From Verrucomicrobiota bacterium (GTDB taxonomy: Bacteria > Verrucomicrobiota > Kiritimatiellia > RFP12 > UBA1067): a stretch of 64,000 bases of DNA. A program made the translations under genes and the position numbers. The notes below the pieces were generated by a model that did no database searches, was not told the origin of the DNA, and saw only the letters and a list, made by a program, of their open reading frames with translations. Where the stretch lies: the NCBI GenBank assembly GCA_022704145.1, contig JAKJGY010000001.1:5445-69444 (forward strand). Direction: 5' to 3'. Below are positions 50,478 through 61,389 of the stretch, piece after piece (position 1 is the stretch's first letter; each line of letters starts with the position of its first letter).

Positions 50478-51620
50478 ATGCCCTTCCCGGTCACCTATCT
50501 GATCGACCGGCCCGCCCCCAGCGAGACCTTCATCCGGCGCGAGATCGAACTCCTGCGCCGGTGCGGCTGGCCCTTGCACCTCTGCTTCCTGACAGGCCCC
50601 GACGCGCTCCGCCGCCTCCCGCCGGGCGCGCCCCCCGGGCTCGCTCGGCGCGTCCTCTCCGCCGCCGCCGCACGCCTCGCCCAGGAGTCGCTGCGCTCCC
50701 CGGCCACCGCGCTGCGCCTGCTGGCCCGCCTGCCCCAGGCCGCCGACCTGGCCCGCCTCGCGGCCGCGAACGGCAGCCGCCTGATCCACGCCCAGTTCGC
50801 CGGCCCCACGGCCGACCTCGCCGCGCAGGCCGCGCGCGCGCTCGGCCTGCCCTGGACCTGCTCCGTCCACGCCCGGGACGTCTTCGCCACGCCGCCCGGC
50901 CTGCTCCGCCGCCGCCTCGCCAGCGCGCACGCCATAACCGCCTGCTCGCAGCAGGCCGCGGAGGCGGTCGCCGCCGCCGGGCTGCCCCGCAGCAGGCTCT
51001 CCGTCATCCGCCACGGCCTGCCCCTCGACGCCTTCCCCTTCCAGGACGCCCCCCGCGTCGCCCCCCTGATCCTGACCGCCTGCCGCCTGACCCCCAAGAA
51101 AGGCGTCGACACCCTTCTGGACGCCTGCGCGCGGCTCCGCGCGCAGGCCCTCCCGTTCGTCTGTGAGATCGCCGGCGACGGCCCGCTGCACGCCGCGCTC
51201 GCCGCGCAGGCCCGCCGCCTGGGCCTCTCGGACGCGGTGCGCTTCCTCGGCTGGCTGCCCGAAGAGCGGCTCCGCGCGCGCCTGGCGCAGGCCGCCGTAC
51301 TGGCCCTGCCCTCACGGCGCCTGGCGGACGGCGACCGCGACGGGATCGCCAACGTCCTCGCCGAAGCCCTTGCGCTCGGCACGCCGGTCGTCACCACCGA
51401 CGCCGGCGCCGCCTGCGAGATCCTCCGTCCGGAAGAGAACGCGCGCCTCGTCCCCCCCGATGCGCCTGACGCGCTGGCCGACGCACTCGCCGGACTCCTG
51501 CGGGATCCCGACCTCCGAAATCGCCTGGCCGCCGCCGGCCGACGCACCGCCGAGACCCTGCTGGACGGCGCCGCCAACATCCGGCAGCTTGAGGCGCTCT
51601 TCGAGCGGGCGGCCCGCTGA
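50478..51620 (+). CDS. GT4-family glycosyltransferase
   Basis: C-terminal GT-B motif (LGWLPEERLRARLAQAAVLALPSRRLADGDRDGIANVLAEALALGTPVVTTDAGA). Confidence 0.7.
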   Translation: MPFPVTYLIDRPAPSETFIRREIELLRRCGWPLHLCFLTGPDALRRLPPGAPPGLARRVLSAAAARLAQESLRSPATALRLLARLPQAADLARLAAANGSRLIHAQFAGPTADLAAQAARALGLPWTCSVHARDVFATPPGLLRRRLASAHAITACSQQAAEAVAAAGLPRSRLSVIRHGLPLDAFPFQDAPRVAPLILTACRLTPKKGVDTLLDACARLRAQALPFVCEIAGDGPLHAALAAQARRLGLSDAVRFLGWLPEERLRARLAQAAVLALPSRRLADGDRDGIANVLAEALALGTPVVTTDAGAACEILRPEENARLVPPDAPDALADALAGLLRDPDLRNRLAAAGRRTAETLLDGAANIRQLEALFERAAR

Positions 51621-51644
51621 GGCGCGCGACCGCCACGCCACGCC

Positions 51645-54600
51645 CTACTTGGCGCCCTCGGCCTGTTCCTCGCGCGACAGCTCCTCGAAATACTGCTTCA
51701 CCAGGTCGCGGTACTCGGCCGGCGTCCGCTTGAGCATCTCCTCGTATGCCTCAGAGTCCATCTGGCCGCGGAAACGGATCCAATCCTGGTTGAGCGCGAC
51801 ACGCGGCGCGCGCGACACGGTCCCGCCGCCGGGCCCGCCGTCGCCACGACGCTGCGCCAGGCCCTCCAGCCGCGCCTGCACGCTGGCACTCGCCTCAGCC
51901 GCACGCTGCTGCTGCTCCTGAAGCCGCGCGGCGACCGCCTCAGCCACCTGCTGCGCCGCCTCGCCCGCCTGCTGCTGTAGCGCACGGGACGCCGCGGCCG
52001 CCTGCGGCTGACCCGAACGGGCGCTCTCGGCCGCCTGCCGCGCCAGCTCCAACGCCTGCCGCGCCTTGGCCTGGCCCGCCTGCGCCTGCCCTTCGGCCTG
52101 CGCGTCGGCCGCGTCGTTCGCCTGCCGCACGGTCTGCAGCGCCTGCTGCGCCAGCGCCGCAGCCTCGCCGGTCAGCTCCGCCGCCGCCTGACTCTGCTGC
52201 GCCGCCTGCTGCACCTCCGGCGCCTCCAGGTTCTGAGAGAGCTTGGCGGCCTGCCGCGCCTGCTGCGAGGCCTCGCCCGCCTCTTGCGCGGCCTGCCGCG
52301 CCGCCTCGTCGGAGGCCTGCGCCAGCGCCGCCATATCCTGTGCCGCCTGCCGCGCGGTCGCCTGCGCCAGCGCCGCCGCCTCCTGCGCCAACTGCGCCGC
52401 CGCACGCGCCTCGTCCAGCGCCTGCCGGGTCTCGCCGCGCTCCTGGGCCTCGCCCAGCTCGGCCTGCTCGGCCGCCTGCGTGCGCGCGCCGGACTGCTCG
52501 GCCAGCTCGCCGGCCTGCTCCGCCATCTGCGCCGCCTCCTGCATACGCTCCGCCAACGCCTGATCCAGCGGCCCCGCCTCACGAGCCTCCGCGAGCGCCT
52601 GCTGCGCCGCCTGCACCGCCTCCTGCGCCTGCTGCGCCGCCTGCTGCCCGTCCCGCACCGCCTCCTGCGCCTCCTGACGCACAGCCTCGGGCGTCGCCTT
52701 CCGCGCCTCAGCCTGCTGCGCCTCCTGCCGGAGCTGCTGCGCCTGCTCCTGGGCGAGCTGCATCGCGCGCTCGGCCTTCTGGGCCGCCTCGGCCGCCACC
52801 TGCGCGGCCTGCTCGGCTAGCCCCCTGGCCTCCTTGTTGGCCTCCGCCTGACGCTCCGCCTGCTCGCCCGCGGCGGCCTCGCTCTTCTGGGCGGCCTCCT
52901 GCGCCAGCTCCGCCGCGCGCTGTGTGAAGGCCGCCGACTCCGACGCGAGCTGCCCCGCCTCCTCGGCCTTCTCCATGCCTTGCAGCTCATCGGCCTGGCG
53001 CGCCGCCTCGACCGCCTCGGCGTTGGCCTGGCGCGCCTGCTCCTGCGCCTGCTCCGCCTGAGCCTCGGCCGCCTGCTCCGCGCCGGCCGCCTGCTCCTTG
53101 CGCCCCTCGTCGCGCGCCTCGGCCGCCTGGCGCGCCTGCTGCGCCGCGTCCTTCGCCTGCTGCGCCGCCTGCTGGGCCTGCTGCGCCGCCTGGGCCACCC
53201 GCTCCGCCACAGCCTGACGCTCGGCCGCGTCACGGGCCTGCTCGTCGGCCTGCCGGCCCTCGGCCGCCTGCTCCGCCTTGCCCGCAGCCTCCTCGGCCTT
53301 CTGCGCGGCGGCGACGGTCTTCTCCGCCGCCTGCTGCAGCGCGTCGGTGGCGGCACGACGCTCCGCCACCTCCTCCGCCTTCTCGGCCGCGTCCAGCGCC
53401 TTCTCGGCCGCCTGCTCGGCGAGTTCCGCCGCCTTCTCGGCCTCGTCGCGCGCATACGCCTCGCGCCGCAGCGCCTGATCCGCCTCGGGGGTCAGCGCAC
53501 GCTCCGCCTGCTGCATCGTCTCGCGCGCCTGGCGCAGCTTGTCCAGCGCCTGCTTGAAGGCCTCCTCCGAGAGCTGCGCCTTGCTCTGCCACAGCTTCTG
53601 CTCGGCCTCATTCTGCCGATTCGCCCACTCCTGCATTTCCTGCTTGTCCAAGGCCTCGGCCTGCGCCTGCTCGGCCAAGGCCTCCTCACGCTGGGCAAGT
53701 TCGTCGAGCCGGCCCTGCTCCTCCTGCGCACGATTCTCCTCCTGCAGGTTCTTCCAGATCAGCTCGTTCACCTTATCGGCCGCCTCGCGCAAAGACCGCT
53801 CGGCCTCGTCGCCCGCCTGGCGCCGCTGCGGCGCCTCCGTCAGCGGTATCTGCTCCAGCTTCTTGAACGCCGGCTCGACCTTCTCATCCCGCACATCCAG
53901 AATCTGTTTGCCGAGGGGCGCGAGCGGCGTCTTCTCCGTCGCCTGCGCGGCCCGCTCCAGCAGCTCTTCGGCCTTGAGCGCCGCCTCACGCGCCTGCTCG
54001 AGCTTCTCCGCCGCCTTCTGGCTCAGGTCGGGCTTGTCATACGACCCTTTCTCCTCAGCCACACGGTTGGCGGCCTCCTGCAGTTGCTGGTGCGCCTTCC
54101 GCAAGTTCTCCTCCAGTTCCTTGCGCAACGCCTCGCGCTGCTGCTCACGCAGCGTGCGCGCGCCGCTCTCAAGCGTCACCTGGATCGCCCGGCTCTCCCG
54201 CACCTGCGGCCCGCCCCCTTCTGGCGGCAGGTTGTCAGCCACACGCAGGAACAGCTTGAAGCGCCTGACCTTCTGGTCGTAGAGCGCCTGGAGGTCGGGC
54301 GCCCCTTCGAGCAGGACCCGCGTCCCCGCCGCAGGCGTCGCCTTCAGCGGCACCACCAGCGCGGGCCGCTTCTCGGCCTCGATCACCAGCTCCAGCGCGC
54401 TGAAACCGAAATCGTCGCTCGCCTCGCCCGTGCACACCAGCCGGTCGTACGGCGGCAGGGTCAGCCGCGACGCCTCCGGCAGCGCCAGCGTCACGCGCGG
54501 CGGCCGGTCAGGCTGCGCGGTGTAGGGCGCCCACTCCAGGCGGTTCGTAAAGCCGTAGCGGTCGCGCAGCGCCAGCGCCCACCGCCCGGTGCGGTTCGTC

Positions 54601-55694
54601 GAGAGCGTCTGCAGCCAGACCGCGTTGGTGCCCGGCGCGGCCGGCAGCGCCAGCCGGTTGAGCCGCAACGTCGCGCCGCACGTGCGGTCAAAGGCGGCCT
54701 CGACCCGCACCCGCGTGCCCGCCACCGCCGAGATCGCCTGCGCCGCACCCACCTGCTGCGTGGGGGCCAGGCCGGTATAGGCCGGGTAGGTGTAGGTCAC
54801 CTTCGCCTCAGCGATACGCGGCTCCGTGACGACCACCACCGAATACGGCCGCGTATACCCGGAGCCGTACCGCGCCCGGTACTCGAAGCTCTCGCCGACC
54901 GCCGGAATCGCCAGCTCAAAAACCGCAGGCTCCACGCCGGACGGCGAAAGCCGCTTCATGCGCTCGACCGTCTTGGGCTTGCCGGCCTTCTGGAAATGGA
55001 TCTCGGCGCGCAGACCGTGGCGCTCAGGCGTGCTGACCAGCAGCCGGAGCGGCGCCTGCTCAAGCAGCATCACATCGCCGGGCTCGACCGTCATCGCGCA
55101 CGCCTGCAGCGTGTCAATCTCCTTGTGCGGCTCCAGCGCGCGCCGAAAGAGCAGCCAGGTCTCGCGCGGCCAGACCGCGAACAGGGCCGCCAGCACCGCC
55201 GCCACCCCGGCCGCCGCCAGCAGGTAAGGCTTGACCGTACGCGCGGTGAACTCCTGCTTGACTTTCACGCCCGCGAGATCCGCCGCCGCGTCCTGCGTCA
55301 GCAGGCGGACCAGCTCGGCCGAAGCCCGCTCGGCCTCGGCCCCGCCCAGCGCGGCCAGCTCGATGGCCGAACTGATGCGCTCCTGCATGCCCGGATGGCG
55401 CGTCTCCAGCACGCGCGCCATGCGCGTCAGGGTCAGCGGCTGGGTCAGCGGCCGCAGCAGCATCGACCACGCCGTGGCGCACACCAGCCCCAGCCCGGCG
55501 AGCGAAAACGCCCAGCGGGCCGCCGGATGGTAGAGCACCACCGCCGCGTCCACCGCCATGATCGCCAGCAGCGCGCCCACCGCCACGGCGGCCGTCGCCA
55601 GCAGGCCGCGCCCGAACAGGATCGCCCGCACGCGCCGGATCATCCGGGCGAGCTGCGCCGTCAGCTCGGGCGGAAGGTTGTGTGTGCCGTTCAT
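51645..55694 (-). CDS. giant membrane-anchored coiled-coil protein (DUF4175-like) terminating the Bat-like operon: N-terminal 2-4 TMs, beta-rich middle, ~800-aa Ala/Gln/Glu-rich coiled coil
   Basis: 1349 aa, with extreme A/Q/E composition from ~aa 520 onward. This position, downstream of the MoxR/DUF58/VWA genes, is typical of DUF4175 proteins. Confidence 0.7.
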   Translation of the reverse strand: MNGTHNLPPELTAQLARMIRRVRAILFGRGLLATAAVAVGALLAIMAVDAAVVLYHPAARWAFSLAGLGLVCATAWSMLLRPLTQPLTLTRMARVLETRHPGMQERISSAIELAALGGAEAERASAELVRLLTQDAAADLAGVKVKQEFTARTVKPYLLAAAGVAAVLAALFAVWPRETWLLFRRALEPHKEIDTLQACAMTVEPGDVMLLEQAPLRLLVSTPERHGLRAEIHFQKAGKPKTVERMKRLSPSGVEPAVFELAIPAVGESFEYRARYGSGYTRPYSVVVVTEPRIAEAKVTYTYPAYTGLAPTQQVGAAQAISAVAGTRVRVEAAFDRTCGATLRLNRLALPAAPGTNAVWLQTLSTNRTGRWALALRDRYGFTNRLEWAPYTAQPDRPPRVTLALPEASRLTLPPYDRLVCTGEASDDFGFSALELVIEAEKRPALVVPLKATPAAGTRVLLEGAPDLQALYDQKVRRFKLFLRVADNLPPEGGGPQVRESRAIQVTLESGARTLREQQREALRKELEENLRKAHQQLQEAANRVAEEKGSYDKPDLSQKAAEKLEQAREAALKAEELLERAAQATEKTPLAPLGKQILDVRDEKVEPAFKKLEQIPLTEAPQRRQAGDEAERSLREAADKVNELIWKNLQEENRAQEEQGRLDELAQREEALAEQAQAEALDKQEMQEWANRQNEAEQKLWQSKAQLSEEAFKQALDKLRQARETMQQAERALTPEADQALRREAYARDEAEKAAELAEQAAEKALDAAEKAEEVAERRAATDALQQAAEKTVAAAQKAEEAAGKAEQAAEGRQADEQARDAAERQAVAERVAQAAQQAQQAAQQAKDAAQQARQAAEARDEGRKEQAAGAEQAAEAQAEQAQEQARQANAEAVEAARQADELQGMEKAEEAGQLASESAAFTQRAAELAQEAAQKSEAAAGEQAERQAEANKEARGLAEQAAQVAAEAAQKAERAMQLAQEQAQQLRQEAQQAEARKATPEAVRQEAQEAVRDGQQAAQQAQEAVQAAQQALAEAREAGPLDQALAERMQEAAQMAEQAGELAEQSGARTQAAEQAELGEAQERGETRQALDEARAAAQLAQEAAALAQATARQAAQDMAALAQASDEAARQAAQEAGEASQQARQAAKLSQNLEAPEVQQAAQQSQAAAELTGEAAALAQQALQTVRQANDAADAQAEGQAQAGQAKARQALELARQAAESARSGQPQAAAASRALQQQAGEAAQQVAEAVAARLQEQQQRAAEASASVQARLEGLAQRRGDGGPGGGTVSRAPRVALNQDWIRFRGQMDSEAYEEMLKRTPAEYRDLVKQYFEELSREEQAEGAK

Positions 55695-55697
55695 AGT

Positions 55698-58436
55698 CTA
55701 CGCCAGCCCCCCCTTCTTGCGCAGCAGCCATTCCGCCGTCAGCAGGGCCGCCAGCGCGAGCAGCACAAACGGGTTGTTCCACAGCGCATACTCGCGACGC
55801 TCCTGCACCGTGCGACGTCCCTCGCCGAACAGCTCGAGCAGCGACGGGAGCGCCTCCGGCCCGACCACCTTACCGCCCGTGCCCTTGGCCAGCGACTCCA
55901 GCGTCTCGCGCACCGGCCGCACCTGCCCCATCTCGATCGGCCTGCGCGACGCCGTGACCAGCAGCGAGGTCTCCGCCTGCTCACGCGCCGCCGAGTCCAG
56001 CCGCACAACCTCCACGCGGCACGCGCCCGCGCGGCCCTGCGGCGGCAGCGACGCCTCATAAAACCCGTGCGACTCAGCCCGCGGCGTCAGGCGCGTCCGC
56101 GTGATCTCCCGCCCCTCGGCCGTGCGCAGCACCGCCTCCAGCGCGGCGTCGGCGACGCCCGCGAAACTCTCATCCAGGACGCGCGCCATGACCGTGATCG
56201 GCTCCTCCGGACCGTACACCAGCCGGTCGGTCCCCACGCGGAAACGCTCCTGGCCCGCACGCAGGCGCTCGCCCAGCCCCCAGCGCAGGATCTGTCCCCA
56301 GAAGCGGTGATGGCGCACGTCACCCGTGCGGTACCGCAGCCGCCACGACCGGTCCGACGCCAGCCCCAGCACCTTACCGCGCCCGACACGCTGCGCCACA
56401 ATCAGCGCATGACGGCTGCGGTGCTGCATCACATCCTCCAGATGCTCGACCGCCTGCCGCACGTCCGTCAGCACCCGCTCCTGCTCGCCGCCTTCCGGCG
56501 CGGCGACCGCCAGCACCTCGGCGCCCGGCTTGGCCGTCACCGGCAGGCGCCAGTCGAACGGGGGCAGCGCACGCCACACCTCCTCGTTCTCAGACAGGCT
56601 CCCGGACTGCAACATCACCGCATGGTTCTGCCCGGCTGGCGTCACCTGCAGCCGGTAGGCCGCCTCCGGCCCCTGCCAGTAGGAGTCGCGCGGCTGCGCC
56701 GTGTACGGCACCAGCGCGGCCAGCGCCGACTCCGCAGGGAACGCGTGCGGCATGGCGCGCGGCCCGGCGATCGTCACCAGCAGCGCCCCGCGCTCGACCA
56801 CGCAGGCGCGGATCTCCTCCTGCACCTGAGGCGTCAGCGTCGCCGTGTCCAGGTCGCCCAGGATGATCACGTCAAAGGCGCGCCACTCCTCGCGGCTCGT
56901 CGGCCAGCCGCCGGACTCCGCGTCGCCGAACTTGCGCCCCGCCGAGGCGGGCGGCAGCCCCGCCTCCGGCGCGCCCCCGACCTTGTCCGGATGCACCAGC
57001 CACGACTGCAGGTGGACCGACTTGTCGCGCCCGAAGAAGAGATTGCGCAGGTAGCGGAACTCCCAGCGCGGCTGGTCGTCGACCAGCAGCACGTTGATGC
57101 GGTCGTCGCTGACCGCCACGTCGCTCGTCCACGCGTTGTTATCCGAGAACAGCTCGCCGTCCAGCACGTCAGCCCGCACCTGGTAGCTGACCACGCCGTT
57201 CGTCACTGGCTCGTGCGTCAGCCGCACCTCGCGCTGCCAGTCGTCCGAGGAGATCTCCAGCGTCTGGCGCTCGACGATCTCGTCGCCGCAGAGCAGCCCG
57301 ACCGAAACCTTCTTGCCGATCGCCCCGGTGGCGCGCACCGTGGCCAGCAGTCGGACGCGATCGCCCAGAAAAACCGACTCCGGCGCGACCACATCCGCCA
57401 GCGCGATATCGAAGGGCAGCCGCGTGCCGCCGATCAGGACGCCCGCCACAGGCGCGCCCTGCGCCGCATACCGACGCGTCACCGGGTGGATGGACGTGTC
57501 GGCGTTGTGGATCCCGTCGCTGAGCACCAGCACGCCCGCAAGCTGCTCGGACGGGATCTCCTTGAGCAACCCCTCCAAGGCCCCGGTGAAGTCCGTCGCG
57601 GAACGGAAGTAGGTGTCGGCGAAGGCCGTGCCGCCGGTCGGGGAAAGCCCCAGGGCCAGCTCCGCCTCCGTGGCCCGCGCGAGCGAGCGCCCGAAGCTGT
57701 AGAGGTCCAGATCGTAACGCCCGGCCAGCCTGGACAGGAACGTCGCGCCCTGCGCGCCGGGCCGCAGCAGCAGGTCGCTCGCCAAGGCCACGCGCGTGGT
57801 CGCGCAGGCATCGCTGACCGCCGCGCGGTCGGCCTCCGGCAATCGGTCCCACAGGGCCTGCGGATCAGCCTTGCCCCCGGCGAGCGCCTCGCGCTGCGCC
57901 GCGTCGAGCTTCCCGAAGTGCGCGGCCCAGGACAGCCGCTCCGCAGGCTGCCACTGGCGGTCGACAAAGCGCATGGAGGTCGAGCCGTCCACCAGGACCG
58001 CCACGCGCCGCGTGATCTTCTTGTCCGTGAACCGCACCAGCACCGGCTGCATCAGGATCAGCGCGACGAGCGTGATCGCCGCGGCCCGCAACGCCAGCAA
58101 CGTCACGCCGAGCCGCCGCGAGACCGCGCGGCGCTCGCGCGCGAAGCAGGCCGAGGCGGTCTCCACGCCGAAGCCGATCAGCAGCGCCGCCACCCACAGC
58201 GGCCAGGCGCAGGCGTAGACCGCCACGCGCCCCAGGAGCTGCAGCGCGCACCACGCCGCCGCGACCGCCGCCAGCGCACGCAGCGCCACCACGCCGAAGC
58301 GCGGCAGCCGGAGGCCCTCGCGACGTGTCAGCGCACGCACCCCGAGCCAGCAGGCCGAGGAGGCCAGCGCCAGCACGAGGACGGCCCATGTCGGAATCGC
58401 CAGTGACAGCAGATCTATGCGGACGGGATCCATCAT
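55698..58436 (-). CDS. multi-pass membrane VWA-domain protein (BatB-like) with large C-terminal extension
   Basis: Four or more N-terminal TMs, then the VWA MIDAS motif VAVLVDGSTSM; C-terminal TM. Confidence 0.75.
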   Translation of the reverse strand: MMDPVRIDLLSLAIPTWAVLVLALASSACWLGVRALTRREGLRLPRFGVVALRALAAVAAAWCALQLLGRVAVYACAWPLWVAALLIGFGVETASACFARERRAVSRRLGVTLLALRAAAITLVALILMQPVLVRFTDKKITRRVAVLVDGSTSMRFVDRQWQPAERLSWAAHFGKLDAAQREALAGGKADPQALWDRLPEADRAAVSDACATTRVALASDLLLRPGAQGATFLSRLAGRYDLDLYSFGRSLARATEAELALGLSPTGGTAFADTYFRSATDFTGALEGLLKEIPSEQLAGVLVLSDGIHNADTSIHPVTRRYAAQGAPVAGVLIGGTRLPFDIALADVVAPESVFLGDRVRLLATVRATGAIGKKVSVGLLCGDEIVERQTLEISSDDWQREVRLTHEPVTNGVVSYQVRADVLDGELFSDNNAWTSDVAVSDDRINVLLVDDQPRWEFRYLRNLFFGRDKSVHLQSWLVHPDKVGGAPEAGLPPASAGRKFGDAESGGWPTSREEWRAFDVIILGDLDTATLTPQVQEEIRACVVERGALLVTIAGPRAMPHAFPAESALAALVPYTAQPRDSYWQGPEAAYRLQVTPAGQNHAVMLQSGSLSENEEVWRALPPFDWRLPVTAKPGAEVLAVAAPEGGEQERVLTDVRQAVEHLEDVMQHRSRHALIVAQRVGRGKVLGLASDRSWRLRYRTGDVRHHRFWGQILRWGLGERLRAGQERFRVGTDRLVYGPEEPITVMARVLDESFAGVADAALEAVLRTAEGREITRTRLTPRAESHGFYEASLPPQGRAGACRVEVVRLDSAAREQAETSLLVTASRRPIEMGQVRPVRETLESLAKGTGGKVVGPEALPSLLELFGEGRRTVQERREYALWNNPFVLLALAALLTAEWLLRKKGGLA

Positions 58437-58491
58437 TCAGGGTCTCGACACTCGTAGCCAGTATCCAGTTTCCAGTTTCCAGTTTCCAGTT

Positions 58492-61362
58492 TCAACTTTC
58501 CACCTCCCCGGTCTTTCTCTGGATGCAGATCCAGCGGGTCAGGACGGTCTCAAGCAGCAGCAGCGCAAAGAGCGTCAGCGCCGGGATGCGCCACAGCTCG
58601 CGCCCGAAGGTCTTTCCGACCAGCGCCTTCTGGAGGTCGTCAAACGACGGCGCGACCGTGATGTCCGCCAGGCGGGTGATGAGCGACTGCTCGTCAGCCG
58701 TGAGCGGATCAAGCTTGCTCTCCTCGGGATTCTCCGTCACGCACAGCGGGAAAGACTCCCCGCCGTTGGAGAGGTGGCCGAGCCAGCTCTCGGCCGCAGC
58801 GGGCACGCGCACCTCGTACAGCCCCTGCATCAGCGGGCTGTCCGTCCGCAAGGCCAGCCCCTCCTCGCCGTAGCGCAGCTTCGCGTAGAGCGTGCGCCCG
58901 CCCGGCGCCTGGAGCTGCGTGTCCACCGCGTCGGCCCAGGAGCCGAGTTCGCCGCGCACCGGCACCAGCAGCTCCGTCGGGAGCGGCGCGCGCGGCAGCC
59001 CGGGGCCCTCCAGCTCGACCCACACGCCCGACTCGCCCGCATCCTCGCCGTAATCCGCAAGCAGCGGATAGCGCTCGCCCGCCTTGAACGAGCCGCGCAG
59101 CTCGGCGGTCTGGCCATATTCGGTCACACGCGCCTCCCGCGAGCCGACGCGCAACGAGAGCCGGTCGTCGGCCCGCAAATAGAAGATGTAATCGCCGCTC
59201 GCTTTCGGCGCGAACGACCCCGACCACCGCGCCACAAAATAGTCGCGCGGCACGCCGGTCGCCGGGCTGCCGTCGCCCCAGTTCATGTGCAGCGTGGGGT
59301 CGACGCGCGTGACGGCGGGCTGCTTGAACGACCCCTTTTTGTAATACTCCGCGAACAGGCCGCTCCCGCCCAGATGGGTCAGCGTGGGCGCGGCAAGCTG
59401 GATCACCGCGCCGCGTGCGGGCGGAAGGTTGAGCGTCGCGATCACCGGCTGCGCCAGATACGCGCACAGCTCCTGGATCAGGGGCAGGAAGGACTGGCGC
59501 GCCACGAGGTTGCCCGCCGTGCGGTCGAGCGGCACGAAGAGCTGGACCACGCGGCCTTTTCCGAACGCGCGCTCCGCCATGAAGGGCGCGCCGTTCTGCA
59601 GCCGCCCGACCACGCGCTCCGCGCCGTTGGTCTCCACGCACTGACGGTAACACTCCACCACCGCATCCGAGAGGTCGCCCGCGCCCTTGAAGAGCGCCAG
59701 CGCCGGATGGCTGAAGGTGCCGGGGTCGATCTTCACGCCCGCCTCGCCGCTCTCCGGCCGCGCCACCCAGCAGGCGCCCACCGGCAGCGGCAGCACCGCC
59801 TCGCCTTCGGCGCGCCAGCCGTTGTAGAACGGCGCCTCGGAGCGCGGGCCATGGATCACGAGCAGGCTACCCCCCTGCCGCGCGAACTCCGCAAGCTGCC
59901 GCGCCTGCGCCTCAGGCACGGACGGCACGTCCGAGAGCACCGCCACCGCATAACCGGACAGCGCGCGCTTCTGCCCCAGTCCGCCGACGGTCGTCAGCTC
60001 GGGCTCCATCAGATAGCGCGAGGGCGGGCGCTCGTCGCGCTCGCGCGCCCGGCCCAGCTCCTGCAGCGCGCGCGCGGAGGGCATCAGGCCGAGCGCCACG
60101 TAGCCGCCGGGACGGTCAAACAGGCGTATGGCGCGCCCGTCATCCGCCACCAGCACCTTGAGCGTGCGCATCACCTGGATCACCCGCCGCATACTGTCGT
60201 CCGAAGCCATCTCGTCGTCGGCCGCCACACGCGCCTCGACCACCTGCGCGCCGGGCGCCTCAAAGCGGTGCAGGAACGAGACCGTGCGCTCGGCGCCCGG
60301 CTCCATCTGGCCGATGGAGCGGTCGAGCTTCTCCTGGCCGCCCGCCAGCAGCGCCACATGCGTAGGCGTCACCGACTCGCGTCCGGTATTGGCCAGCGTC
60401 ACGTCGACGCGCACCTCACGGTCCGTGCCCACCACCGGCCGTGAGAAGGCCAGATCCTTGACCGTCAGATTGCGGATGCCCTGCGGCAGCTCAAGCGGCC
60501 GCACGAAAATACGCGGCGGCGAGGGCAGCCGGGCGAAGGCCTCCTTGAGGCAGCCCCAGCTCTCGAGGTCGCCGGTCTGCCAGCCGACCGCCTGCCCGTC
60601 GCCGATCAGGATGATCTGCTTCGTGACGTGCGAGCCCTGCGCCAGCGAGGCGGCCGCAGCCGCGAGGGCGTCAGGCACCCGCAGCACGCCCTGCACCGGG
60701 ATCGCCTGCTCGAGGGCGGTCTGCACGTACTTGCGGTCGGTCACCGGAGAGGGCACCAGCGGGTCAGGCACCGCGCCCGCGACGATCACGCTGAACGCCA
60801 CGCCGCGCGGCGCCTCCTCGACCAGCTTCGACGCCTCCTTGAGCGCGCGGCTAAAGTTCGTCTCGCCCTCGACCGTCAGCGTCATCGAGGACGACCCGTC
60901 GATCACGATCGCGATGTCGCGCGCCGTCCCCCCGATGAAGCGGTTGAGGCTCAGACGCTTCTCCAGCAGCACGGAGGCCGCGCTCAGCGCGAGGCAGAGC
61001 AGGCAGGCCGCCCAGGCGGCGAACTGCCACCGGCGGTAGCGCCCCAGCGCGAAACTCATGCCGAACAGGACGATGCCGAGCAGGCCGAGCGGCAGCACCA
61101 GCCACCACGGGAAGGCGGAGCCGGCCGGCACGAAGGGCCGCGCCATCGCCAGCACCGCACAGCCCGCAATCAGGCAGCGCGCGGCCAGCAGCAGCATCTC
61201 CTCCAGCAGCAGGCTGCGGCGGCGCTGCAGCAGGCTGTCGAGCAGGAAACGCATCGCCCCCCAAAGCACCTCGCGGGCGTTGCGGCGGTTGAAGAGATGG
61301 ATGATGACCGGGATCGCGATCCCGGCCAGCCCCAGCAGCAGAAATGGATTTAAGAACAGCAT
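58492..61362 (-). CDS. BatA-type protein: N-terminal double-TM domain (TIGR02226-like) + VWA domain + PA14-like domain + C-terminal TM
   Basis: MLFLNPFLLLGLAGIAIPVIIHLFNRR, then IAIVIDGSSSM (MIDAS), then a PA14-like SGDYIFYLRADDRLSLRVG. Confidence 0.75.
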   Translation of the reverse strand: MLFLNPFLLLGLAGIAIPVIIHLFNRRNAREVLWGAMRFLLDSLLQRRRSLLLEEMLLLAARCLIAGCAVLAMARPFVPAGSAFPWWLVLPLGLLGIVLFGMSFALGRYRRWQFAAWAACLLCLALSAASVLLEKRLSLNRFIGGTARDIAIVIDGSSSMTLTVEGETNFSRALKEASKLVEEAPRGVAFSVIVAGAVPDPLVPSPVTDRKYVQTALEQAIPVQGVLRVPDALAAAAASLAQGSHVTKQIILIGDGQAVGWQTGDLESWGCLKEAFARLPSPPRIFVRPLELPQGIRNLTVKDLAFSRPVVGTDREVRVDVTLANTGRESVTPTHVALLAGGQEKLDRSIGQMEPGAERTVSFLHRFEAPGAQVVEARVAADDEMASDDSMRRVIQVMRTLKVLVADDGRAIRLFDRPGGYVALGLMPSARALQELGRARERDERPPSRYLMEPELTTVGGLGQKRALSGYAVAVLSDVPSVPEAQARQLAEFARQGGSLLVIHGPRSEAPFYNGWRAEGEAVLPLPVGACWVARPESGEAGVKIDPGTFSHPALALFKGAGDLSDAVVECYRQCVETNGAERVVGRLQNGAPFMAERAFGKGRVVQLFVPLDRTAGNLVARQSFLPLIQELCAYLAQPVIATLNLPPARGAVIQLAAPTLTHLGGSGLFAEYYKKGSFKQPAVTRVDPTLHMNWGDGSPATGVPRDYFVARWSGSFAPKASGDYIFYLRADDRLSLRVGSREARVTEYGQTAELRGSFKAGERYPLLADYGEDAGESGVWVELEGPGLPRAPLPTELLVPVRGELGSWADAVDTQLQAPGGRTLYAKLRYGEEGLALRTDSPLMQGLYEVRVPAAAESWLGHLSNGGESFPLCVTENPEESKLDPLTADEQSLITRLADITVAPSFDDLQKALVGKTFGRELWRIPALTLFALLLLETVLTRWICIQRKTGEVES

Positions 61363-61389
61363 GCCGTCTCAATCAGGTCCAGTCGTTCG

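Noticed and set aside
52980-58406. 1808-aa +strand ORF
   Set aside because: It is antisense to two solid genes and has Arg/Leu/Gly low-complexity. It is an artefact of the repetitive GC-rich coiled-coil coding sequence.
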